Assembly (NCBI GenBank): GCA_964244805.1
Contig: CAXTKN010000002.1
Coordinates: 1 to 38,559, forward strand
From: an uncultured Aestuariivirga sp.
GTDB taxonomy: Bacteria; Pseudomonadota; Alphaproteobacteria; Rhizobiales; Aestuariivirgaceae
Direction: 5' to 3'
DNA length: 38,559 nucleotides
Each line of letters opens with the position of its first letter. Position 1 is the stretch's first letter. The position numbers and the translations under genes are program-made. Shown one piece after another: positions 16,799 to 24,656 of this stretch. Under the pieces are notes generated by a model. The model was not told the origin of the DNA. It saw only the letters and a list, made by a program, of their open reading frames with translations, and did no database searches.

Positions 16799-16889
16799 TG
16801 TCTAACGCTTTCATGTCTAACGATTTAGGCTATGTGTTTGAAAAGGCTTTCCCTTTTTGCATTTTAGTTCCTGATCAAAAATCAGGAAC
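16768..16889 (-). other. Internal att-like recombinase site
   Basis: Minus strand: CTGATTTTTGATCAGG core (14/16 identical to att), IHF-like TTTTCAAACACATAG, and two GTTAGAC arm repeats. Confidence 0.6.
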
Positions 16890-17109
16890 GCAACGCGTCA
16901 ACGCTGACCACGTCGATGCACCCCACCCCCTCTTCAAGGCCACGCCAGCAACGCCCCACGGCGAATACGGGGGGGCCAAAATCGCCGCAATCCCAACACG
17001 GGTAGCACAGACAACTTTCGCTTTTTTAGCATTTTTTATTTTTTCTAAGCTTGTTTGGAAAAACGCGAAAATTGAAATTCACCCACACAGGGTTAGGGTG
17101 GGGTGTTAG

Positions 17110-18582
17110 ATGCGTATTCGCCATTTCACCATCGCCAAGCAAGATCGTGTCGCGCGGGCTTTCTTTGCAAACCGCGCATTTTTTTCTGGGATCATGGGAC
17201 CGGTGGGTGGTGGTAAGACGGTGTTGAGCTTGCAGCGATTTATTCGCTTTGCCAAGCTGCAAGCACCGCACCCTGTTGATAATATCAGGCGCACCCGCTG
17301 GGTTTCTATTCGGCGCACTTACCGCGAGTTGGAACGAACGACACTGCGCACATGGAATGAATGGTGGCCGCGAGAAGCTGGTGAATGGCGCGGCGGTGCC
17401 AACGGAGAACCGGCAACGCACAAGATTGAATTTGATTTATCCGATGGTACGACTGTGCAAACCGAAGTGATCTTTGCGGCAACCGGCGACCAAGACATTC
17501 AGGAATTTGCGGGCGGCTTTGAAGTGACTGGATTTCACCTGGGCGAAGCTGCTGACCATGAGGATGTGGTGGCTTCAAAAATGCTGGAACGGGTGGGCCG
17601 TTATCCGCGTGTTGAAAAAGATGTTGGCTTTGCCGGTGCCACATGGTTGGGCGGGTGGGCCGATTTCAACGCGCCAAATTATGGCCACTGGATTGAACGC
17701 GATTTTGTTTCCAATCCAAGACCCGATTATGAATTTTTTCGGCAACCCGGTGGCCTTGATGCCGATGCGGAGAACTTACAAAACTTACGCGGTGGTCGGG
17801 AATATTACGTGGTGCAAGCTCGCAATAAGCCCGAGCATGAAGTGCGCCGCATGATCCACAACATGTTTGGCTTTGATCGCAGCGGCAAACCTGTTTATGC
17901 AGAATATAATCCGTTTAAGCACCTCTCGAAAATGCCGCTCAAATTGCTCCGTGGACGGAAGTTATTTTGCGGCATTGATCAAGGCCAATCACCGGCTGCT
18001 GTGTTTGTGCAACGCAGTGTTGAAGGCCAGCTTCGTATCTTGCGTGAAATATCGGTATTCAACACTGGCCCTTCTGAGTTTGGGCGAATGTTGCGGCAAA
18101 TGATCGACGAGGATTTTCCAGATTGGGATATTACTTTCATCGTTGATCCTGCGGCATTCAATGCCACTGATACGTCTGAGAATGCCAATGACGTGTGGCA
18201 GATGATTGTCTCGAACGTTCTCAATGAAACTCTGCGCCCTGCCCCTTCTAATCGGCGCACGGCGCGTGAACAACCCTTCCGTTCGCATATGCTCAAATCA
18301 CTTTCCAGTGATGTGGAAGCGATGATTGTCGATCCATCCTGCAAGATGGTTCATGAAGGCCTGCTCCATAAATTTCGCTACCGCAAAGTGTCCGCGTCTG
18401 GCCAAGCTGAAAAATTTGCCAAAGATATTGAAGACAATGATTGGACGCATGTTGTGGAAGCGGCGGAATATGCATCTATGGGCGCTGTGGGGTTGAATGA
18501 GACGCTGGGCTTATCCCAAAAATATTCCAGTGTTGCGCAGCAAAATGTTGAAGCTGACAATTGGCGTCCGGCGGGGTTTTAA
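17110..18582 (+). CDS. terL: Terminase large subunit
   Basis: Walker A GPVGGGKT, RRTYRELERTT, DFNAP coupling motif, and nuclease GIDQG...HVVEAAEY. Confidence 0.92.
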   Translation: MRIRHFTIAKQDRVARAFFANRAFFSGIMGPVGGGKTVLSLQRFIRFAKLQAPHPVDNIRRTRWVSIRRTYRELERTTLRTWNEWWPREAGEWRGGANGEPATHKIEFDLSDGTTVQTEVIFAATGDQDIQEFAGGFEVTGFHLGEAADHEDVVASKMLERVGRYPRVEKDVGFAGATWLGGWADFNAPNYGHWIERDFVSNPRPDYEFFRQPGGLDADAENLQNLRGGREYYVVQARNKPEHEVRRMIHNMFGFDRSGKPVYAEYNPFKHLSKMPLKLLRGRKLFCGIDQGQSPAAVFVQRSVEGQLRILREISVFNTGPSEFGRMLRQMIDEDFPDWDITFIVDPAAFNATDTSENANDVWQMIVSNVLNETLRPAPSNRRTAREQPFRSHMLKSLSSDVEAMIVDPSCKMVHEGLLHKFRYRKVSASGQAEKFAKDIEDNDWTHVVEAAEYASMGAVGLNETLGLSQKYSSVAQQNVEADNWRPAGF

Positions 18583-18584
18583 AA

Positions 18585-19082
18585 ATGGAATTTCGCAACC
18601 TCATAATTACCAAAACAACGTTTGACGATGTGGAATATGTGGCACGGCGCATGCGCGATATGGATCGCAAAGAAATTTACGCAACGCGTTTTACTAAGGA
18701 TGATGAAAGTTTGGTTGCTGAATTAGTGCATCAAATTCAGCGCGGCCTCTATGCATGTTGCTATACGATTGCCAGCAAATTTCATCCGCGCCCGATTGCT
18801 ATTGTCGGCATTCTTCTCACTTCGCCAAGCGCTGGATTTGCAAATATGTTTGCCACTGACGAGTGGAAAAAAATCATTAGGGATGCAACCCGCTTTGTGC
18901 GTGATGTGGTGATTGCCGATTGCATCAAGGCCGGTATGCGCCGCGTCGAGCTTCGCACTTTGGCAAGCTGGAAACAAAATCGCGCTTGGCTTGAATATCT
19001 CGGTGCGGAATTTGAAACTGAAATTCGTGGGTTGTGTGGTGAGCCGTTTGCTCAATATGCGTGGACAAGGGAGGAACTTTAA
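18585..19082 (+). CDS. GNAT-like / T7 gp13-like virion-assembly protein
   Basis: MRDMDRKEI...RAWLEYLGAEF pattern. Confidence 0.6.
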   Translation: MEFRNLIITKTTFDDVEYVARRMRDMDRKEIYATRFTKDDESLVAELVHQIQRGLYACCYTIASKFHPRPIAIVGILLTSPSAGFANMFATDEWKKIIRDATRFVRDVVIADCIKAGMRRVELRTLASWKQNRAWLEYLGAEFETEIRGLCGEPFAQYAWTREEL

Positions 19083-19271
19083 ATGTGTATTTTACCGGGC
19101 GCACCAACGCAAACACCATTGTCGGTGACAGATCCAAATGCAGGGGTTTTACAAGCTGAAGCTGAACGCGCGGCAAGGGCAAAAGCGACTGGATTTTCCA
19201 AAACTCTAAAGTCGACTGATGAAAGTCGGAAAACTGGATCGGCGGCCTCAAAAGTTTTGTTCGGGCAGTAA
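19083..19271 (+). CDS. Small virion protein (T7 gp7.3-like position)
   Basis: MC...VLFGQ small gene directly before the portal; GGAGG RBS. Confidence 0.6.
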   Translation: MCILPGAPTQTPLSVTDPNAGVLQAEAERAARAKATGFSKTLKSTDESRKTGSAASKVLFGQ

Positions 19272-19276
19272 CCGCT

Positions 19277-20899
19277 ATGGAAAAATCAGCCGAAGCTTTG
19301 GTGGCACGTTTCAATGAATTGCAATCTACTCGCAATCCCCATGAGGCCAAGTGGAAACAGATTGCCGATTTCATGCGCCCTATGCGCTTGGAATTTCGCT
19401 CGGTCTATGACAGTGGCCAATTACCTGCTGAACAAAGCCCTTATCAAACCAGTGGCGTGGCTGGCATGGCACTGGATAATTTTGTTGGCGGCATTTATGG
19501 TTATCTTTCCAATGAAGCCAATCAATGGCTATCGTTTAAAACTTTTGATGATGATCTGAATAGTTATCACACTGTGAAAACGTGGTTGGCCACGGTGTCG
19601 CGGCGTGTGCTGAATTCATTCGGGCCATCAATGTGCCCGTTCTATACGCAAGCGCCGGAACTTTATGCAGATGTGGCTGGGCTTGGCAATGGTGCCTTTT
19701 TATCGGAGTGGAAGCCAGACCGGCAAACCATTTACGACCGCGCCTATTCGCCGTTTGATGTTTATTTTGATACCAACAATTACAATGAAATTGATACGTG
19801 TTACCGCCCGCTGTGGTGGACAAAGCGCAATATCAAACAGAAATGGCCTGATGCCGTATTGCCAGCGCGCATTGATAAATCGACCAACGACAGCGAACGC
19901 TTCATGCTGCTTCATGTGGTGATGCCCAATGCCGATTATAGCAATGGCTATATCGGCCCAAAGGGCATGCCTTACACTGACCTCTATGTGGCATACGACG
20001 ACAAGGTGATGTTGCAGGATGGTGGCCGCTGGGATTTCTATCAAGCGGCGCGGTGGTCGGGTAATGGCACTTATGGTTACGGTCTTGGGCACCGGGTGTT
20101 GCCTGATGCTAAGACGCATAATGCGATGGATCGTTCGATGCTAGAATATTCGGAATGGCAAGCGCACCCCACGCCCTTGATGCCTGACCGGAATTTTATT
20201 GGCAGTGCAAGGCCCCTTCCGCGGAAACCACTTTACGGCGGCATGTCGATGGGTGGGCGGCCTATGGTGCAATTCCTGGCCCCGCAAGGCAATGTGTCGA
20301 TCACCCATGAGATGATGCAATCACGCGCCGAACAAATCCGAGAAGGATTTTATTTTGGCTTAATGCAATTGGCTGGTCGCAGTGGCATGACGGTGGTTGA
20401 AACCATGGCGCGTGATGAAGAGCGCATGCGTTTGCTGGGGCCGCATGTGGGCCGAATTCAGCGTGAATTTTTATCACCGGCTACTACGCAGCGTTTCATG
20501 ATGTTATGGCGGGCTGGGCAATTGCCGCCGCCGCCGCCTGAATTGACCAAAGGGCAACAGCTTCGGATTGATTATGTTTCGCCCATGGCTAATGCGCAAA
20601 AATCGGCGGGTGCTTCTGGCACATTGCGGTTGATTGATGCCACATTGGCCGTTTCTAAATTGCAGCCTGAAGCGGTTGATAATCTGGATGGTGATGTGGC
20701 CCTTCGCGTATTGCAGGAAGGTTTCTCGGCTCCGGTCGGCACTATGCGTTCGCCTGATCAAGTGGCTCAATTGAGGGCACAAAGGCAACAACAGCAGCAA
20801 ATGCAACAGCAGCTTCAAATGGGTCAACAGGGTGCGGACATTGCCTCAAAGCTGGCCACTGTGGTTCATCCACGCAATATGGGAATGAAGGCCGCATGA
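19277..20899 (+). CDS. Portal (head-tail connector) protein
   Basis: 540 aa; MTVVET..RDEERMRLLGP..GRIQREFLSP...IDYVSPMANAQ; Q-rich barrel. T7 gp8/BPP-1-type. Confidence 0.92.
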   Translation: MEKSAEALVARFNELQSTRNPHEAKWKQIADFMRPMRLEFRSVYDSGQLPAEQSPYQTSGVAGMALDNFVGGIYGYLSNEANQWLSFKTFDDDLNSYHTVKTWLATVSRRVLNSFGPSMCPFYTQAPELYADVAGLGNGAFLSEWKPDRQTIYDRAYSPFDVYFDTNNYNEIDTCYRPLWWTKRNIKQKWPDAVLPARIDKSTNDSERFMLLHVVMPNADYSNGYIGPKGMPYTDLYVAYDDKVMLQDGGRWDFYQAARWSGNGTYGYGLGHRVLPDAKTHNAMDRSMLEYSEWQAHPTPLMPDRNFIGSARPLPRKPLYGGMSMGGRPMVQFLAPQGNVSITHEMMQSRAEQIREGFYFGLMQLAGRSGMTVVETMARDEERMRLLGPHVGRIQREFLSPATTQRFMMLWRAGQLPPPPPELTKGQQLRIDYVSPMANAQKSAGASGTLRLIDATLAVSKLQPEAVDNLDGDVALRVLQEGFSAPVGTMRSPDQVAQLRAQRQQQQQMQQQLQMGQQGADIASKLATVVHPRNMGMKAA

Positions 20900-21195
20900 A
20901 CCGCCCTGATTATCATCCGATGGCTGATGCCACGATTGAATTTTTAATCAGTGCCTTTGGCCCTGACGCTGGCAATGCGCTTTCGGCCTTGCAGATTGTG
21001 GGCGGCAATACCGCTTTCATGCAAGCCATTGAAGCCTTTTGCCACATCCATGATGCGCCGCTTTTGAATGATCCTGAACCCTTGGAGCGGCGCGAAGGCA
21101 GACGCTCTGTGGCTTTGATGATCATGTCGGCACGAACAATTTCTTCACAACAACTGAAAGAGGCTCTCGATGGAACAAAACCAGCAAACCAATAA
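20896..21195 (+). CDS. Small head protein (Bbp19-like)
   Basis: REGRRSVAL motif; located between portal and scaffold. Confidence 0.6.
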   Translation: MNRPDYHPMADATIEFLISAFGPDAGNALSALQIVGGNTAFMQAIEAFCHIHDAPLLNDPEPLERREGRRSVALMIMSARTISSQQLKEALDGTKPANQ

Positions 21196-22162
21196 TGGCG
21201 ACCAAAATTCTGGTGGTCAAGGCGGTGGCAACGCGCCCGCCTTCACAATGGATAGTGCTTTTGATGTGAATTTAGTTGATGAACCACTGCGCCCGCAATT
21301 TGTTGATCGCAAGATTGGCAAGGTGGGTGATGTGGTCAAATGGGCTTTGGATGCTGAAGCTCGTGCTGGCAAGGCTGCAACGATTGGCGCTGACACCAAG
21401 CTTGATCTAACAAAATATCCGCCTGATTACCAAAATATTTTCACAGCTAAAAAAATCGAAACCGTGCAGGGCTTGGCTGATTTGGCGGTGAATGCTGAAA
21501 AGAAAATTGGCACCATGAGCAATAATGTTTTGCCAAAGCCTGAAGCTGGCAAGATGGTTGATTTTTTTAAAACCAATGCTGAAATTTTCAACGTGCCAAA
21601 AGCCGCTACGGAATATCAGTGGAAAGCACCCAACATGCCCGAGGGTATGGAGTTTGATACTAAAATAGAACAAAGCTTTAAAGAATATGCGCATAAGCGT
21701 TCTATTCCTCAAGAAATGTTTCAAGATTTGGCAGATTTTGGCGCACAAATGAGAATTGATATTTTTAATGACATGAAAGCGCATGCCATTAAGGAAACTG
21801 CCGATTTGCAAGTAGCGCTTAAAAAAGAATGGGGCCAAGACGAGGCAAAAAATACAGAGATTGCAAAATTTGCAGCGCGGCAATTGGGATTGGAAGGCTC
21901 GGTTGTTGATAAGGTGAGTGGTGTAATGGGCGCACCGGCCTTGATCAAAATGCTGCATACGATTGGCAGCAAAATGCAAGGCTCGGAACTGATCACTGGC
22001 GATGGCAAGACTGACATTGGTGCTAAAGATCATGCGCGTTCAGAATTAGCGCGTAGGCAATCGGACAAGGGCTTGGAAGAAGCATTTACCGACCGCAACC
22101 ACCAAGCTCATAAATCCGAATTGGCGGAACGTGAACGCCTCAATAGAATTATTCATGAGTAG
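21170..22162 (+). CDS. Capsid scaffolding-like protein
   Basis: LKKEWG motif, charged helical protein, located before the capsid gene. Confidence 0.7.
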   Translation: MEQNQQTNNGDQNSGGQGGGNAPAFTMDSAFDVNLVDEPLRPQFVDRKIGKVGDVVKWALDAEARAGKAATIGADTKLDLTKYPPDYQNIFTAKKIETVQGLADLAVNAEKKIGTMSNNVLPKPEAGKMVDFFKTNAEIFNVPKAATEYQWKAPNMPEGMEFDTKIEQSFKEYAHKRSIPQEMFQDLADFGAQMRIDIFNDMKAHAIKETADLQVALKKEWGQDEAKNTEIAKFAARQLGLEGSVVDKVSGVMGAPALIKMLHTIGSKMQGSELITGDGKTDIGAKDHARSELARRQSDKGLEEAFTDRNHQAHKSELAERERLNRIIHE

Positions 22163-22164
22163 CT

Positions 22165-22425
22165 CTTGACAAATCACTGAACGGTGAAGTTGTTTGGCGT
22201 TATCTTGGATTTCCTCAACTGCTGGGTTCCTTAAAAAAGAACCCAGATTTTCTCAGGTGCCCCTTGCAGTTAAAGGGTCTGATGACGCGCCGCAAAGACG
22301 GTGAGCTTGGCAAAGCGTTAAATTGCAAAATGGTCGGGTCCGTGTGCGGCTTTTGAGCTGACACCAGTAGCGGGCGCCCCCTCCAATGAACCCTTCTTAA
22401 TTTTAACGGGTAACTCATTCGGAGG
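22165..22425 (+). ncRNA. Promoter plus structured leader of the major capsid gene (candidate cis-regulatory RNA)
   Basis: CTTGACAAATCAC at 22165; hairpins at 22222-22246, 22253-22282, 22283-22320 and 22336-22380. Confidence 0.5.
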
Positions 22426-22431
22426 TTTATT

Positions 22432-23364
22432 ATGCCCGGCATTGCAGAAATTGAAATACCAAAACATTACGTTCCCATGTTCAAAGCTAATCTGGCTTAT
22501 AAGCCGGGTTATGACGGCTCCATTCTTCGCCCGCATGTGACTGTCGATACAGCCACCGGTGACGGCGCTTCACCTGTACAAGTGTTTGGTCGCGCCAAAA
22601 TTCGCGTCAAGACAGATCGTTATGGAGATACGCCAATCGACGAAATCGAACGGTTCCGCCCTTGGGTGTTTCCAATCGAACTTGAAGGCGGCACCTTGAT
22701 TGATAATCAAGATCAAGTGAAGTCGTTGATTGATCCAACTTCGCCGATCACCAATGCCATTCGCATGGAAATTGACAGCCAGATTGATTACAAGGCAATC
22801 ATTCCAGCATTCTTCGGCAACCGCTTTGAAGGTAAAGACGTGGGTACGGCCCTTCAGGCTGCACCAATTGTTTTTGATCCCCTTAATGCGGCCTCGATCA
22901 ATTTGGGTTCAGCCGGTGATGCCACGCCAATTGGCATGACTGTCAAGAAAATCAAATGGGGTATTCGTCGCTTCAAACAGCTCAAAGTGATCCAAGGCTC
23001 GGTGCGCCGTGAAATGATCAAGGTGGGCTTGTCGTCTCAACAATGGGATGATTTGTTTGAAGATGTGAAGGCGATCAATGGTGACTATGTGAATGGTCGT
23101 CCGATTGAGCGTGGTCAACTTGGCATGATCATGGGTGTGGACTTTGTGGAGCTTGAAGATTTGCCCCGCACCGGTACCACACGTTATTGCCCAATGTGGG
23201 TGCCATCTGGCATTTCACTTCTTCATTGGGTTGAAGAACAAGTCAATATCGGTCCTGATCCCGGCAAGCGCTTCAACATCCGCGTCTATGTGAAAAAGAT
23301 GGTGGGTGCCACCCGCACGATGGAAGAAAAAGTCATTCAGCTTCCATGTCTCGATAACTCTTAA
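22432..23364 (+). CDS. Major capsid protein
   Basis: 310 aa; strong GGAGG RBS; LIDPTS and GATRTMEEKV motifs of podoviral capsid proteins; position in the head module. Confidence 0.85.
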   Translation: MPGIAEIEIPKHYVPMFKANLAYKPGYDGSILRPHVTVDTATGDGASPVQVFGRAKIRVKTDRYGDTPIDEIERFRPWVFPIELEGGTLIDNQDQVKSLIDPTSPITNAIRMEIDSQIDYKAIIPAFFGNRFEGKDVGTALQAAPIVFDPLNAASINLGSAGDATPIGMTVKKIKWGIRRFKQLKVIQGSVRREMIKVGLSSQQWDDLFEDVKAINGDYVNGRPIERGQLGMIMGVDFVELEDLPRTGTTRYCPMWVPSGISLLHWVEEQVNIGPDPGKRFNIRVYVKKMVGATRTMEEKVIQLPCLDNS

Positions 23365-23375
23365 TCTCAAATTTT

Positions 23376-23398
23376 GGGTGAGTGCTTGGCGCTCACCC
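23376..23398 (+). terminator. Stem-loop after the capsid gene
   Basis: GGGTGAGTGC-TTG-GCGCTCACCC, 10-bp stem with a weak U tract. Confidence 0.5.
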
Positions 23399-23453
23399 TC
23401 ATCGTTTCTTTGCGTACCCCGTACATCGTTCAATCCCCATAACGGAGGCTATC

Positions 23454-23939
23454 ATGCCCAATTTCTATGGTTCTAACTATCCTGATCCTACTAAAGCACT
23501 TGTAAACCCCGTCGACATGAAGGGCGCGCGTTTGCGCAATACTCAAACTGATGTGACGCCAGCCACCATTCCGGCGGCGGCCGATCAAATCTTTTTGTGC
23601 CGCTTGCCCTCAAATGCGCGTCTTAATGACGTGGGTAAGATTACCTATGCTGCTTTTGGTGGCGCTTGTGCTGCCAATCTTGGTTTGCAGCATCCCACCA
23701 TGACGGCGGCGCAAATTACTGCGGCGGCGGCTGTTCTCTGGTCTGCACAGTCACTTGTTGCGGCTGGTAACCGCCAAGTGATGTTTGGTGTGACATTGGC
23801 CAATCTTGGCAAGCGTCTTTGGGAACTCACCGGCCTTGCGAAAGACCCCGGTGGTGAAATTGATCTTGTTCTGGTGTTCACCGTGGTTGCTGCTGCCACG
23901 GGCCGCATTTATGGCGATGTGACCTTTACTACTGATTAA
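23454..23939 (+). CDS. Capsid cement/decoration-like protein
   Basis: GGAGG RBS; RLPSNARL motif; beta-rich; follows the capsid gene. Confidence 0.65.
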   Translation: MPNFYGSNYPDPTKALVNPVDMKGARLRNTQTDVTPATIPAAADQIFLCRLPSNARLNDVGKITYAAFGGACAANLGLQHPTMTAAQITAAAAVLWSAQSLVAAGNRQVMFGVTLANLGKRLWELTGLAKDPGGEIDLVLVFTVVAAATGRIYGDVTFTTD

Positions 23940-23947
23940 CAAGAGCT

Positions 23948-24030
23948 CCGGTGCGCGGTGGGGTGATTTTGCATTGAGCCCAAAATCACCTGTCCGCACA
24001 ACAGGCCTGCCGCGCACCGGTTATTTCTTT
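23948..24030 (+). terminator. Branched long-stem terminator-like structure
   Basis: CCGGTGCGCGGTGGG/CCTGCCGCGCACCGG stem enclosing a GGTGATTTTG/CAAAATCACC hairpin, followed by TTATTTCTTT. Confidence 0.65.
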
Positions 24031-24045
24031 GAAAGTTCTTTTGCC

Positions 24046-24654
24046 ATGGCCATGACTGCTGATACATCGGAAACCGGAATTGCCAATGAAGCGCTTTCGG
24101 CTGCTGAAATTCCTTCAACGCTGGCTTCACTGGATCAACCAAATTCAAAAGCGGCGCGGGTGTGCCGTCTACATTTGCCAAATGTGCGTGATGAAATTTT
24201 ACGCTCCTATGCTTTTGGCTTTAGTTCAGACATGCTTCTCATTCCGGCATTATCTACTCTTCCTGCCGGAGGGACACTTCAAACCGCATATCAAATGCCG
24301 GTCGATGCTTTGCGCATTTTGCGCATTGATGGCCTTAATAAACGGCAATGGCGCACCACAACTGATAAACGCATTCTGGCCTCTGCCACTGGATCAGTCG
24401 TTGTCCATTTTATAAAATCAATCGGCGATTTTACGCGGTGGGACGCGCTGGCCCGCCAGATGATGATCCTTCAACTTGCAATCCGCATATCTCCTGAACT
24501 TAATCGCCACCGTGGCATTAAGCAATCGCTGCAATCGGATTGGAAATATCTGGAAGCACAAGCTGAAAAAATTGATGCCTTCGAGCAAGACAGCGAACAA
24601 GACGACACTGATTATGATGCGTGGGTTCCGTCTTACATTGCGGCGCGGTTTTAA
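24046..24654 (+). CDS. Tail tubular protein A / adaptor (T7 gp11-like)
   Basis: IANEALS...RDEILRSYAFGF...YQMPVDALRI pattern. Confidence 0.8.
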   Translation: MAMTADTSETGIANEALSAAEIPSTLASLDQPNSKAARVCRLHLPNVRDEILRSYAFGFSSDMLLIPALSTLPAGGTLQTAYQMPVDALRILRIDGLNKRQWRTTTDKRILASATGSVVVHFIKSIGDFTRWDALARQMMILQLAIRISPELNRHRGIKQSLQSDWKYLEAQAEKIDAFEQDSEQDDTDYDAWVPSYIAARF

Positions 24655-24656
24655 CT

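Noticed and set aside
16798-17109. 103-aa ORF between terS and terL
   Set aside because: It runs through repeats, a palindrome and homopolymer tracts and has no recognisable motif. It is better explained as a cis-acting region, although translation cannot be excluded.
20775-20830. Poly-Gln stretch in the portal protein
   Set aside because: Q-rich C-terminal barrels are ordinary in podoviral portals.
23300-23460. T7 gp10A/10B-type capsid frameshift into the next gene
   Set aside because: No convincing slippery heptamer near the capsid stop, and the downstream gene has its own GGAGG RBS.
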